The notes below the pieces were generated by a model. The model was not told where the DNA came from. It was given only the letters and a program-made list of their open reading frames with translations, and searched no databases. A DNA stretch of 64,000 nucleotides from an uncultured Alistipes sp. (lineage in GTDB: Bacteria; Bacteroidota; Bacteroidia; Bacteroidales; Rikenellaceae): positions 13,743-77,742 of the forward strand of contig CAXHRY010000011.1 of NCBI GenBank assembly GCA_964018965.1. The letters are read 5' to 3'. Shown here in pieces: positions 8,619 to 18,971 of this stretch (positions are counted from its first letter, which is position 1; each line of letters opens with the position of its first letter). The position numbers and the translations under genes were made by a program.

Positions 8619-9239
8619 ATGAAACGTTTTTTACTGGCACTGTTTCTATTTACCGCGCCAGCAACCTTACAGGCAGCATCCCTCCTCGAAGGACGCATTT
8701 ACATGAAAAACGGCTCGGTCATCGAATGTACGGGCAACGACAGGTTGAAAATGCCAAAAAAATCCGGCAGATTGAAAATATTCCGAGATGCTTTTCAAAA
8801 AACTAAAACCAAAGAGGTATTACCGGCCGGAGATATAGATTCGGTGATCTGTTGGCACACCAAAAGCCCGGAACACACACGTAAATTCATCTTCGGGGCA
8901 AAACCCGGATGGATGTGGGTTTACGTTGAGACACCATATATAAAAGCCTGCATATATTCGAAAAAAGGTTACGGCATCAACACCAACGGCGGTATACAGG
9001 TCTGGCAACGACGCAGATGGTTCAGCCGGTCGCGCGCGGCCTACTTTCTGCAAAAACACGGTAGCAGTGAATTTCAATGCGTCGGCAGCGCTTACCGCCG
9101 GTCGAAAGACGTATTCCGTGAGCGTATCGCTCGTTACATAGACGATGATCCCACGCTGGCCGAGCGTATACGCCAATCCAATGCCTATCGGGATAAAACG
9201 ATCCTTATGCTGCATGACTACGATCCGACCAGAAATTAA
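8619..9239 (+). CDS. Secreted hypothetical protein
   Basis: Signal peptide MKRFLLALFLFTAPATLQA; 206-aa ORF. Confidence 0.8.
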   Translation: MKRFLLALFLFTAPATLQAASLLEGRIYMKNGSVIECTGNDRLKMPKKSGRLKIFRDAFQKTKTKEVLPAGDIDSVICWHTKSPEHTRKFIFGAKPGWMWVYVETPYIKACIYSKKGYGINTNGGIQVWQRRRWFSRSRAAYFLQKHGSSEFQCVGSAYRRSKDVFRERIARYIDDDPTLAERIRQSNAYRDKTILMLHDYDPTRN

Positions 9240-9256
9240 CCCTAATATCAAAGCAC

Positions 9257-9943
9257 ATGAAACAGTTTTTACTTTTCGCTGCCACCATGTTCATCATGTT
9301 AGGCACGACGGATCGGGCGGAAGCCAAGAAACCTCAGGATCAGGAATTCCGCCGCGTAGTGGTAACCCTTAAATCAGGAGAGAAGATCGACGGTTATCTG
9401 CACAGGGGATGGCACGCCGAATCGTCCGTACTGAAAAAGGAGAACTACTCGTTCAAACTTGCCAAAACTCCCGACGATAAGGAGCCGGTCAAATATACTG
9501 CCGATGATGTGGAGAGCGTCGAATACGTTGAAAAGACCGAAGCCAATCCCGACGGTATCCGTTGGGAAGCTCGCGATATCGCCTCTCCCGGCCTTTCAGA
9601 CCGCAACCGCTCTTTTCACCGCATGGTTTGCCTGAACAAGGCCGGCCAAAACGCCACGGCTTACTGGTGGAAGATATGGACTACCGAGCGGATCGGCAAC
9701 ACCGACCGACGGGTGTTGAAAACCATGTACGGCATCCGTTTCCATAATGATCCCGACAAGATCGTCTATCCGTATATGTTAGTCAGCTCCGTGCTGATGG
9801 ACAAAAAGTATCCGGGCCTGAAAGACTTCTGCAAAAAATGGTTCAAAGGGCCCGAAGGGAAAGAGCATAAAAAAGAGGCCAAGGAGAACGATGCATGGAT
9901 ACTCGATATGTATGATGCATATCTGCAAAATCAGCAAAAATAG
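9257..9943 (+). CDS. Secreted hypothetical protein
   Basis: Signal peptide MKQFLLFAATMFIMLG...AEA; 228-aa ORF. Confidence 0.8.
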   Translation: MKQFLLFAATMFIMLGTTDRAEAKKPQDQEFRRVVVTLKSGEKIDGYLHRGWHAESSVLKKENYSFKLAKTPDDKEPVKYTADDVESVEYVEKTEANPDGIRWEARDIASPGLSDRNRSFHRMVCLNKAGQNATAYWWKIWTTERIGNTDRRVLKTMYGIRFHNDPDKIVYPYMLVSSVLMDKKYPGLKDFCKKWFKGPEGKEHKKEAKENDAWILDMYDAYLQNQQK

Positions 9944-10069
9944 AATACAGCCGTATACGACAACTCGATCATATGCTTGAATTTTCGTATCTTCGGCTTT
10001 GTAGAAGACTCGAAAATTCAGACATATGTAATCTTGATCTTGACTCTTACCGCAGAATATGGCGCCCTG

Positions 10070-10360
10070 TCAGGTATGGGTCATCCAACCGTGAAACGGC
10101 TCGTCGATGAAACAGCACGAGCGGTCCGGACGGCCATGATAAACCAATCCGCCGACAACGCCCAAACGCCCGTCGGGATAGCGTTCCTTGAAAAGGAATG
10201 AATGCGGTGCAAAGTCTTTGTAAAGTTCGATCTCGCACGGATGATGGGGATTTTGCTCCCGCCGTTCGAGTCGTTGCAGACACTCAAAGAGTGTCTTGTC
10301 GCCGATGCTTTCGGCGTACTGAACTACCTTGTCGTAATGTTCCTGACACATGATTTTCAT
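10070..10360 (-). CDS. DUF4120-like ICE protein
   Basis: CQEHYDKVVQYAESIGD...DFAP.SF...GGLVYHG...GW.THT resembles Bacteroidales DUF4120. Confidence 0.75.
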   Translation of the reverse strand: MKIMCQEHYDKVVQYAESIGDKTLFECLQRLERREQNPHHPCEIELYKDFAPHSFLFKERYPDGRLGVVGGLVYHGRPDRSCCFIDEPFHGWMTHT

Positions 10361-10377
10361 AATAGTCCGGATTTTCG

Positions 10378-11013
10378 TTAGTCTATATCGCAGCCAATGA
10401 AGGTCTGTTCGTTGATAAGTAGGTAGTAATAACCGTTACCGCATCCGCGGTACTCTTTGGAGAATCCTGCGGCCAGGTCTCCAACCCAGTGGTAGCCATC
10501 ATCCTTATCGCAGGGCTCCACCCATAGCGAACCGTCGTAGCCGCGGAAATCAAACCGACCCGAGTGGAACGGCGTGCGGTTTTTGACGGCCTCGCAGAAA
10601 GACCGGTAAGTCGTTTCGCCGCACCATTTGCGCACGGCATCGAGCGTAATGATCTGCCCGTCGATGCAGGTGCCGGTCGTGATCCCGTTTTTATAGAGAC
10701 TTTTTCTATAATCGGCATTCTGGATATTGCGGATGAATGGGCTTGTGAATCCCGCTTTGGCCGCTTCCCGTTGGAATTTGCGGATCAGACGGCGATTGAT
10801 TTCCTCAGGGTCTTTGTCCGGAGCCGGTTTGAAAATCTTTTCGATGCCGTCCCAGTCGCCGAACCCGAAGCCATACCTTCGTCTACCGATACCGATGATG
10901 CCGCAAATGTTTTGATCGCGGTTGTAAAACAGGCGTCGGCGTCGACCTTGATACTGGATGTACAGGGAGTTCGGGGTTTCTGGATTGCGTAAATATTGTT
11001 CTGCTTCGTGCAT
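10378..11013 (-). CDS. Hypothetical ICE protein
   Basis: 211-aa ORF in the operon; SKEYRGCGNGYYYLLINE..FIGCDID tail. Confidence 0.75.
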   Translation of the reverse strand: MHEAEQYLRNPETPNSLYIQYQGRRRRLFYNRDQNICGIIGIGRRRYGFGFGDWDGIEKIFKPAPDKDPEEINRRLIRKFQREAAKAGFTSPFIRNIQNADYRKSLYKNGITTGTCIDGQIITLDAVRKWCGETTYRSFCEAVKNRTPFHSGRFDFRGYDGSLWVEPCDKDDGYHWVGDLAAGFSKEYRGCGNGYYYLLINEQTFIGCDID

Positions 11014-11162
11014 GGTAAATGGATATTATATTAATACATTGTATCGCGCAGCCTCGGATGCACAGGGACCTGAACACTGGCTCGCTCACAGAGGTCGATG
11101 ATTCGGCAAGTCTGCGTGTCCACATCATCCAAATCGAGTGGTATACGGATGACGGGATTATT

Positions 11163-12062
11163 CTACGCTGTAACTTTGTTTGTAGGGCATGACTCTTCGT
11201 AGATTAACTCTTCGAGTGTCATGTCCTGCGGTTGCCTGATGTCGTCTTCCGGTCTGACGAAATAGCAGACCGTGGTATGCCGCCCGTGGTCCTTGACGAG
11301 TTTCACGGGTTGGGGCGTGTTGTAGATGCGCCGCTCGGAAACGGGAGCATCGAGCGCATCCCATTTCTCTTGCGATACGGCGGTCTGCTCATCCCGATAG
11401 CACCAAATGATGACCGATTTCGGGTCGAGAGCCGCGAATACCGTTCCTTCGTAATCGGAGAGAAACTGCCGGAACTCCTCCTCCGAGCCGAACGAGATGC
11501 ACTCGCCCCGGTAAAGGTCACCGTCCCGACGTTCCGGCTCCTTATGAAGGCTGACCTTACGCCACTTCTCGGTGGAGAAATCGCCGTAAAGCGGCTCCGG
11601 TTCCCGGTATTCCCACAGCGGCACCTCAGCGCAGAATCGGACAGCACCGTTACCGCAGGCGCCGCAATGTCCCCAATCGCAGAAATCCCCCTGCACGCTT
11701 CCGCGCGGATGCAGTGCCCGCGACGTTACGGCCGTAAAAGGCCCTCCGCTCACCGCGCAGCCGATGCCGCCGGCTATCCTCCACACGAAGGGAACGTACG
11801 GACACAGGCAGATCGAAAGCGTTCCGCCTTCACGGACGGCTTCGATCAAGGCGTTGCCGTAGAAGTCACCGTAGCGCGTGGTATAGCGCACCCGGTCGCC
11901 GACCTGCGGGACAAGCGGGTTGCGGGTACGTTCGATGTGACGCACCAGCTTATTGGCCATGTCCACGTCCTCTTGCGTTAGGTGGTGTTCATGGTCGTAA
12001 AGCGTATTCATCGGCAGCAGCGTTTCGCGGCTGTACCGATCTTCGGTTTTATCTTGTTGCAT
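11163..12062 (-). CDS. DUF4121-like ICE protein
   Basis: PYVPFV, SGGPF, FCDWGHCGACGNGAV, EPLYGDFSTE motifs. Confidence 0.75.
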   Translation of the reverse strand: MQQDKTEDRYSRETLLPMNTLYDHEHHLTQEDVDMANKLVRHIERTRNPLVPQVGDRVRYTTRYGDFYGNALIEAVREGGTLSICLCPYVPFVWRIAGGIGCAVSGGPFTAVTSRALHPRGSVQGDFCDWGHCGACGNGAVRFCAEVPLWEYREPEPLYGDFSTEKWRKVSLHKEPERRDGDLYRGECISFGSEEEFRQFLSDYEGTVFAALDPKSVIIWCYRDEQTAVSQEKWDALDAPVSERRIYNTPQPVKLVKDHGRHTTVCYFVRPEDDIRQPQDMTLEELIYEESCPTNKVTA

Positions 12063-12130
12063 ATTACTGATAATGAAAGCGCCGCGGCCGAATGGCCGCG
12101 GCACAGGTTAAACGATCTGTTTTACATGTT

Positions 12131-13120
12131 TTAGGCAGCTTCGGCCGGAATCGCTTCCGAAGAGTCTGATTCTTCCTCGCCAGCCATGCGCTCGGAGATC
12201 ATGCGTGCCGCCCGGTTCACGTCCGTGAGGATGTCAAACAGGTAGGTCGGCTCTTTATGGAACTCCGCCAGCCAGTCCTTGATATAGGCGGCGCTCTCCT
12301 CGCGGGGCGTCGTGGCGAAGCCCAGCATCGCGCCGCACAGGGCCGCCGTAAGTTCGGCAACTAGTTCCTCCCGGATATAACCGGCATCTCCGTAGCAAGC
12401 GCCAAAAGAACGGTTCAGACGCTCCGGATGTCCCGTACTATGCGTGACTTCGTGGAGAAGGGTCGTATAGAATGCCGCACCCTCCGGAAACTGCCGCTTT
12501 TCAGGGCAGACGATCCGGTCGAGCGTCGGCAAATAGGAAGCCCTGTTACCGGATTTGAGCAGGATGGGACAGAGCCACGACTGCTCCGTCAGCATCCGGT
12601 CGAGGGATTCGCACGTCAGACCGTCCGAATAGTCTTTCGGCCCGGTCGGTGTCGTAAGCGCGGCGTAACGCTCCGGCTGTCGCTCCGGCATATCCGTCTG
12701 GTCGATGTTGAAGACCGGATAATAACGCATCACAGGCAGCGCGTCGTATTGCCGCCGCTGCTCCTGCGACAGGCGGTAGTATTCCGCCAGTTCGATCTTT
12801 TTGCGGGTCTCCTTATGGCGGATATACAGTTTCCAGAAGAAGACCGGAAACGAACCGGAGCCTTTGAGGATGTTCAGGCCCTCCTCTTTGGCCTGCTTGA
12901 AGGTCATAAAGAGCGGCGTGCGGTAGTCTGCGATCTCCGTGAGGAACAGCAGCATCAGGGTATTCCCGCCCCGGTAGGGCGTGCCGCGCAGGTTGCGCGG
13001 AAGACCGTGCGCGAGGTCGGCGATCCACGGCTTGCGCCATTCTTCGGTGAGCGTTTCCATTTTCTTTATCATCAGCTCCGTCAGCTGCGGAGCGATCTTT
13101 TCAATTAGGTTTTTATTCAT
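12131..13120 (-). CDS. ardC: ArdC-like ssDNA-binding antirestriction protein (DUF1738 plus zincin domain)
   Basis: W.KPW, YRGGN, TFKQA, VFNIDQT, LLHEVTHSTGH, EELVAEL. Confidence 0.88.
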   Translation of the reverse strand: MNKNLIEKIAPQLTELMIKKMETLTEEWRKPWIADLAHGLPRNLRGTPYRGGNTLMLLFLTEIADYRTPLFMTFKQAKEEGLNILKGSGSFPVFFWKLYIRHKETRKKIELAEYYRLSQEQRRQYDALPVMRYYPVFNIDQTDMPERQPERYAALTTPTGPKDYSDGLTCESLDRMLTEQSWLCPILLKSGNRASYLPTLDRIVCPEKRQFPEGAAFYTTLLHEVTHSTGHPERLNRSFGACYGDAGYIREELVAELTAALCGAMLGFATTPREESAAYIKDWLAEFHKEPTYLFDILTDVNRAARMISERMAGEEESDSSEAIPAEAA

Positions 13121-13190
13121 TGTTATAGTAATGCAAAGACGGAGCAGGCATGACCTGCTCCGTCGGTTGGACATTTAGCTCGTGTTGTTA

Positions 13191-15248
13191 CTATGCCGCC
13201 GTTTTCATCACCTCCGGCATCCGGGTGTCGGGTTCGATATCCGGGTCCATCGGAATGACCAGCGGTTCCGGCTTTGGCTCTGCATCGGGCGTCTCGTCCG
13301 GCAGCAGGTCGGGAAGCTCCTCGGACTCGACGTCCGGAGCCTCCTGCATCGAGACCGCCATCTCCTCGGCTTCGGCTTTCGCCTGCAAGGCGTCGATCTG
13401 CTCTTGAAGACGGGCTTTGCGACGATCGTAGACTTTCAGATACTCCTGCTGCACCTTCTGACTCTGCTCCGTGAAATTCATATCCGCGAAGCGGCACATC
13501 ATTCCCGTCAGGAGCGTTTTGTCCGTACAACGGAAATCCGGAGCCGCCGAGCGGAAGTAGTCCACCAGATACGCGCGAACCAGCGCCGCCTGCTGCTTGG
13601 CCGTGATACGTCCCGCCGCGGCGAACTGCTCCCGGTCGGTCAGGTAAGAGCCCTCCTTGGGCCGGAAACCGCACTGACGGAGTTTCGAGTCGCTCATTAC
13701 GCGCTGCATCACGGCATAGTAGAACATCTGCTGCTCCTCTTTCTGCAAAGGCTTGTTTGCAACCTTTACATCGAGGAAGACCCGCTTCATATCGGTCGTG
13801 ATATGCTCGTAGCAGATTTCCCGGTTGCGGCGATCCTGCTGCATCAGCCCTTCCAGCGGAGAAGGCGGGACGACGGTGACGAAGACCTTATGCTCATCGT
13901 CCTGCCCCTCGTTTACCGTCACTTCCCGCTCCTCATCCTCGATTTCTTCGTAGCGGATTTCAATATCGAGGTTGCCGATGATGGCGTATTTACGCACACG
14001 CCCTTCCGAGATGTCGAATTCCAACTGCTGCGTCTGTTCGGCAAACACCGCCATTTCGGCCCCGTATTCCTCTTTGGCCGCAGTGAAATCCTCTTCCGAC
14101 TCGAACTCCTCGGCCTGCGGGGCGTCGGGCATCTGCGGGGCCTCGTCGTAGTAACCGATATGGTATTCCAGCTCTTCAACGTGGTAGCCCTCTTGTTCGA
14201 GTGCTTCCAGCACCGCAGCGGGTGTTTCGCTGTCCGTAGCCAGCGTCGTACGCGGATCGTCCTTGAGGAGTTTCACGGCTTTCTGCACCAGAAACTCGTC
14301 ATTCTTGCGGATCATACACTCGCGGTTCTGGCAGCCCGCGCAGCCGCCCGTACATTCATCCTTGAACAACACCTGATTGGCTGTGTTGTGCTGGCAGGAA
14401 AGGCACTCCGTCTTGTCGAAGTTGTAGCTTTCCAGCTTGGTCATGTAACGCTCGTAGAGCCGCCGGGCGATGTCCTTAATCCGCGCCGTCTTCCATGAGC
14501 TGTAACATCCTTCAGCGAAATGATCGTCGTAGACCTCCTGCTGGATGTCGGCGGGATATTTGGCGATCTCCGTAGCGACGCCCACCGAAATCTCATCCTT
14601 GTCGAGCATCCCTGCCAAGGCGTCGATCAGTTCGCAGAGTTTCAGACGCGAGCGGATATAGGCCTCCGACTTGCCGAACTTGCCCACGAGGCTCTCGATC
14701 GTATGCCGCCCCGACTGCAAGGCCCGCTTGTAGGCAGCGGCTTCCTCGCGCGGACGCACGTCCTCGCGCTGCAGGTTCTCCGTGATGGCGGCATCCTCGG
14801 CCTCGGCGTCCGACAGCTCCCTGATAAGGGCCGGGATGAATTGCAGGCCCGCCATAGCGGCGGCCCAGTAACGGCGCTCGCCGTAGACGATCTCGAAACC
14901 CTCGTCCTTGGGCCGCACGCAGATAGGTTGCAGAACGCCCGACTGTTTAATGCTCTCGGCAAGTTCCAGCAGTGTATCCTCACGGAAGTTCTTGCGGGGA
15001 TTGTAGGTCGAATTGACGATCTTGTTCAGGTCCAGCAGCCGGACATTCGTCTCGGCATGAACTTCCGGCTGGTCTATGAACGGACATTCCTCATCAGCCG
15101 TTTTTTGCGATTCGATAGGCGCTTCTTCGGGAATCTCGGCACGTGCCGCATCCCGTGCTTCCTGTCCGGCGATGTCGGGAACAGCCGTCTTGCGGTTTGC
15201 GCTCTTGCCGTTCTTCTTCGGTTGCGTGTTCATTTTCGTAGTCTGCAT
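13191..15248 (-). CDS. ParB/RepB/Spo0J family protein with long C-terminal extension
   Basis: NPRKNF..LELAESIKQSGVLQPI.VR..EIVYGERRYWAA, ENLQRED, HTH; Cys cluster and acidic tail. Confidence 0.9.
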   Translation of the reverse strand: MQTTKMNTQPKKNGKSANRKTAVPDIAGQEARDAARAEIPEEAPIESQKTADEECPFIDQPEVHAETNVRLLDLNKIVNSTYNPRKNFREDTLLELAESIKQSGVLQPICVRPKDEGFEIVYGERRYWAAAMAGLQFIPALIRELSDAEAEDAAITENLQREDVRPREEAAAYKRALQSGRHTIESLVGKFGKSEAYIRSRLKLCELIDALAGMLDKDEISVGVATEIAKYPADIQQEVYDDHFAEGCYSSWKTARIKDIARRLYERYMTKLESYNFDKTECLSCQHNTANQVLFKDECTGGCAGCQNRECMIRKNDEFLVQKAVKLLKDDPRTTLATDSETPAAVLEALEQEGYHVEELEYHIGYYDEAPQMPDAPQAEEFESEEDFTAAKEEYGAEMAVFAEQTQQLEFDISEGRVRKYAIIGNLDIEIRYEEIEDEEREVTVNEGQDDEHKVFVTVVPPSPLEGLMQQDRRNREICYEHITTDMKRVFLDVKVANKPLQKEEQQMFYYAVMQRVMSDSKLRQCGFRPKEGSYLTDREQFAAAGRITAKQQAALVRAYLVDYFRSAAPDFRCTDKTLLTGMMCRFADMNFTEQSQKVQQEYLKVYDRRKARLQEQIDALQAKAEAEEMAVSMQEAPDVESEELPDLLPDETPDAEPKPEPLVIPMDPDIEPDTRMPEVMKTAA

Positions 15249-15362
15249 AACATCTAACAGTTTTTATCGTGTGTCTCACGTGTTTGCAGCCTGCACGATC
15301 TTTATCGTATTATCTTGCAAGCCAATGAATAATATGTTATGAGGCTTTATATCCCGAACGGA

Positions 15363-15513
15363 TCGGTTGCCTCGGGAAGATTCATAAGCCCGCGGCGAAG
15401 GTGCAGGGGCGGAAAAATACCGAAGCCTTGGCGAGGATGATTTTTCCGCCCCCGGAGCCGGAGAGGGAGGCGCAGCCGACCGTCCCGGGCTTATCTTTCC
15501 CGAAGGCAACCGA
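15363..15513 (-). promoter_or_regulatory. Long fold-back element, candidate ssDNA (Frpo-like) promoter for the parB-ardC operon
   Basis: Outer arms 15363-15391/15486-15513 imperfectly complementary; inner perfect 13-bp pair 15406-15418/15440-15452. Confidence 0.65.
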
Positions 15514-16197
15514 GGAGTAGAAGAACTTCTTTTTTTCCTTTCAATCACTCATGATTTAAAGAGAAAGGATTTTTGGAAGACTTAACTCTTTTATGTATAT
15601 TTGATTAATGAGTAAAAACTATATCTATGCTACATTTTGCACTTATTGCAGTAAAGGTTGGTAAAGATTGCTATCCTAATATCATAAAAGTTCAATTCTG
15701 GAAATTATATTCCGAATGATCAATAACCTCTCCATCAAACTGCTAAAAAAATCGCCCGGACAATATTTCCGAAGAAGTTCATATGGTAAAGGGAATAGAT
15801 GCGGAATTGTTTTTATTATCCATTACGAATTATGTTGCTTAAAATGCAAGAATGACGAGGTTATGATTGATCTCGGATATGGGTTCAAACCTTATGTAAG
15901 CAGTTAGATGTTGAGCCCAGATGTGAAAATTCCATAGGTGAAATGGGAATAACCCATGAGGATATTTACACTATTCTGCATAACTTCTTTTATACGATCG
16001 TATGCAACTACTCTTTACACTAATCTTGAAGGTTACATCGAGGAATCCAGCGACAATAAATCAATATTACAGCAGCACATATTCCCGTTTTATGGGATGT
16101 TACACGAATTTGAAATCGGCTATGGAAATGCGGCGTTGGGAAGACGAAAGGATTGTCTGCAACACCGTCCTATTACTACCATTCTGAATACAGCATA

Positions 16198-16680
16198 ATG
16201 TTCATATCGAAATCCATAGCGAAAAGATTCCGCAACTCCGCTTCAGTATTGTTACACGACGGAGCAAACGAAGCCGGCGTTCCGAAAATCGTAGTCAGGT
16301 AAGTGAACTCCGTATGGGGCAAATTCGAACCGAGCGGACGTCAAGGCGGTGTCTGTTTCTCCACCTTATCCGACCGCCCCCAAGCTACCTATGCAGACCT
16401 GTTAGGCTACCGCACCGGAACAGAGGCCAGCATCCAGCTTTTGATATACAAAGACTATTTCTGGCGGTCGAAAATGCCGTACCACGACTGGCCGGATTTT
16501 CTTCGGCAAGCAGCTGAAAATCTGTTTGCTCCCCGAACGGGCACTGCCCCTCATATCACCGTCTCAAAACTCACAACCACGACTATCGGTTCTGCGACAA
16601 GTGGTGCGGAAACCGGCTCTCCTTTGTCCGCCTGCGAGACGCCAAGAAAGCCGCACGCGAGCAAATCGGAGAAAGCGTAA
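16198..16680 (+). pseudogene. Hypothetical gene with internal TAA at 16300-16302
   Basis: ATG 16198 is in frame with ORF 16303..16680, separated by one stop (MFISKS...PKIVVR*VNSVWG). Confidence 0.55.
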
Positions 16681-16764
16681 CCATATTCTCTAACAAGACC
16701 GGAGACATCGTCTGTTTCGCCCCGGCATCGGGATATTGTCCGCCCTGATTGTCTTGTGAAAGAA

Positions 16765-17418
16765 CTAAATACACTCAGAATCCCGAGAAATCTCCGGAAA
16801 GTTGTCATCTACAGTACCGGGTATGCCGCCATGAATAGAGTATTCTTTGGCTGAGATAGTAGATCCTGTATCGTTTTCGTGGTCTTCTTTACGGAACAGA
16901 ATGGGAATAGCTTCCGATTGATAATATTCCTCTTCATTGCTGACAGCATACCTTATTTCATACGCCTCATCGAAAGGAGTGACCAAAAAGAGCCGAATTG
17001 ATGCAGAATACAGATACAAAGGATGTCGTACCATTTCGCCAGGTAATACGGGTTTCGTTTCACCTTGTCTTATAGCGATGTAATTGTCTTTGGGCTTTAT
17101 GGTTATATCGGAATGATGTTGGTCTGTATGTACGATGATACGATAAACTTCGATGGGATAGGAAAGGTTTTTGACCAATATTTTCATGCCCCACATCATA
17201 TCATGTTTCAATGTAATCTGAATTTTGGGATATAGGGTATTGCCTGCTTGAATTCTTGCCATCTCATATTGGCGGGTAAAGGTTGTTGCCATTTGGGACA
17301 AACTGTCAATCTGTTTTTGTGTTCCTCTCTGGCTTTTAATCACATAAATAAAGGTTCCTGCGGTTGCCAATGCACCGAGAGTTGTAATACAATTGATAAT
17401 TATTTCAAACCATGACAT
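16765..17418 (-). CDS. N-terminally membrane-anchored hypothetical protein
   Basis: Hydrophobic N-terminal helix; AT-rich ORF. Confidence 0.75.
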   Translation of the reverse strand: MSWFEIIINCITTLGALATAGTFIYVIKSQRGTQKQIDSLSQMATTFTRQYEMARIQAGNTLYPKIQITLKHDMMWGMKILVKNLSYPIEVYRIIVHTDQHHSDITIKPKDNYIAIRQGETKPVLPGEMVRHPLYLYSASIRLFLVTPFDEAYEIRYAVSNEEEYYQSEAIPILFRKEDHENDTGSTISAKEYSIHGGIPGTVDDNFPEISRDSECI

Positions 17419-17429
17419 AAACTTTGGAT

Positions 17430-18455
17430 TTATTTAGGCATAAAGCCATATGAGCCTAAAGTTTCATTGAAAATTTGAATATATCGTTCTAGCGTTTTTT
17501 TGTCTCCCGGTTTTACATTCTCAATATAAAGTCTTTGAATAAAAGAAATAAATATTTCATTAGGCATGGACCCTTCCAGACCTATTTTATGCCAAATTAT
17601 ATCAGCAAATATTTTTTCATGATGTAATCTAATAGAGGCCGCTTCCATTGCCATTTGGTGCATTGCTTTTTCAAATGTTACATTATCCACCTCAAAATAA
17701 CGCTCTTCTGCCGTCCCATTATTTATTTCGGCAGATTTAATATAATCTTCCAATCCGAGGTATATAAAATCTTCTGGAAGATCCGGGTTATCAAATTTGG
17801 CACAAAGAATAGTATCACCCAATGTTAATGTAAGAATACCGAATTGTTCATAATAACGTCCTCCTAAATATGCCATTCCATTAGGAAGATATGATGGAGC
17901 ACGAAGCATTCTATAAGAAAAATTACATTCATCAACAATTATATCTGTATTATGTCCTGATATTACAGCATTAAAATATTCATTTAGGGCATTCCCAAGA
18001 GTTTGTTCAATATCAGAAGGTAATGAAAATTCAAATTGTTTAGATATGGACATCCTCCAAACTATTGACATCCAAAAGAAATAGGCTAAATGTACATTCG
18101 GTATCTTTCCCTTTTGAAGATACTCTGCATAGGGCGTTTCCAAATACGCAGACAGGTTGTTCTCGCATTTCGGACAAAAAATGTAGTCTTTTGAAGCTGT
18201 ATTGTTTTTTAATTCTTGTTCTATTCGTTCATCTGATAGCTTTTGAGTATCAACAAGCTCCTCTATTTTGGTATCAGGAATAGCTCCCAAGTACAATTTC
18301 TCTTCTAAAGGCATCATTGTAAACATGACCTCTTTATCGCGCTTTCCACTACCATCGTAGCTACATACTTTTGCGACAATAAAACTCGGAATAATATGCG
18401 AGTTCGTCTTTGACGCTTTGCTTTTTTTACATATCAAGCAATCTTGGAATTCCAT
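17430..18455 (-). CDS. Putative HNH-like (zinc-binding) endonuclease domain protein
   Basis: CxxC..SHIIP...FCxxCE..LS..E...SIVWR pattern; strongly AT-rich. Confidence 0.65.
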   Translation of the reverse strand: MEFQDCLICKKSKASKTNSHIIPSFIVAKVCSYDGSGKRDKEVMFTMMPLEEKLYLGAIPDTKIEELVDTQKLSDERIEQELKNNTASKDYIFCPKCENNLSAYLETPYAEYLQKGKIPNVHLAYFFWMSIVWRMSISKQFEFSLPSDIEQTLGNALNEYFNAVISGHNTDIIVDECNFSYRMLRAPSYLPNGMAYLGGRYYEQFGILTLTLGDTILCAKFDNPDLPEDFIYLGLEDYIKSAEINNGTAEERYFEVDNVTFEKAMHQMAMEAASIRLHHEKIFADIIWHKIGLEGSMPNEIFISFIQRLYIENVKPGDKKTLERYIQIFNETLGSYGFMPK

Positions 18456-18659
18456 AACTCTTTATATATAAATATTCAATTAAACAAATACAAAAATTAT
18501 CTTCTATGCAACTCTTTATACAAAGATAGCGATATTCGCATAAATGTGTTAAATGAGATACTTAAAAAATTATAATTAACACAATAAGGCATTGGTAAAT
18601 AAAGTAATCCAGTTTGATAATGCCAGCAGTACTCCCAAAAACATAAAATACTATCAACC

Positions 18660-18889
18660 ATGAACAGAAACAGATGAAACAACTCGAAGACGCGAAAGAT
18701 TCTTTGGACGAAATCATCGCCACCTTGAACGATATCCGGGACGAAGGATAGGTCGCCTACGACAACAAGCCTGAAAGCCCCCAATCGTCGGACAACGGCA
18801 CCCGTATGACCGACGCCATCGATACCATCGACGATGCCATCTCCTCTGTTGAGGAAGCCCAACAGCACATTGACACGGCGGCCAAATAA
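18660..18889 (+). pseudogene. Small acidic helical protein, disrupted
   Basis: MNRNR / frameshift / KQLEDAKDSLDEI...RDEG*VAYDNKPES.Q.S..G.RM.DAID; TAG at 18749-18751. Confidence 0.6.
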
Positions 18890-18971
18890 AAATAGCCGGC
18901 AGAAATGCATCGGCTCATTCTCCCGAACCATTATTCTTTATATGAGTCCATAAATTGTAAAAAGCAATGTT

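Noticed and set aside
12081-13163. Short perfect hairpins between ICE genes (12081-12102, 13138-13163)
   Set aside because: Ordinary intergenic stem-loops (mRNA stability or termination); not a repeat array
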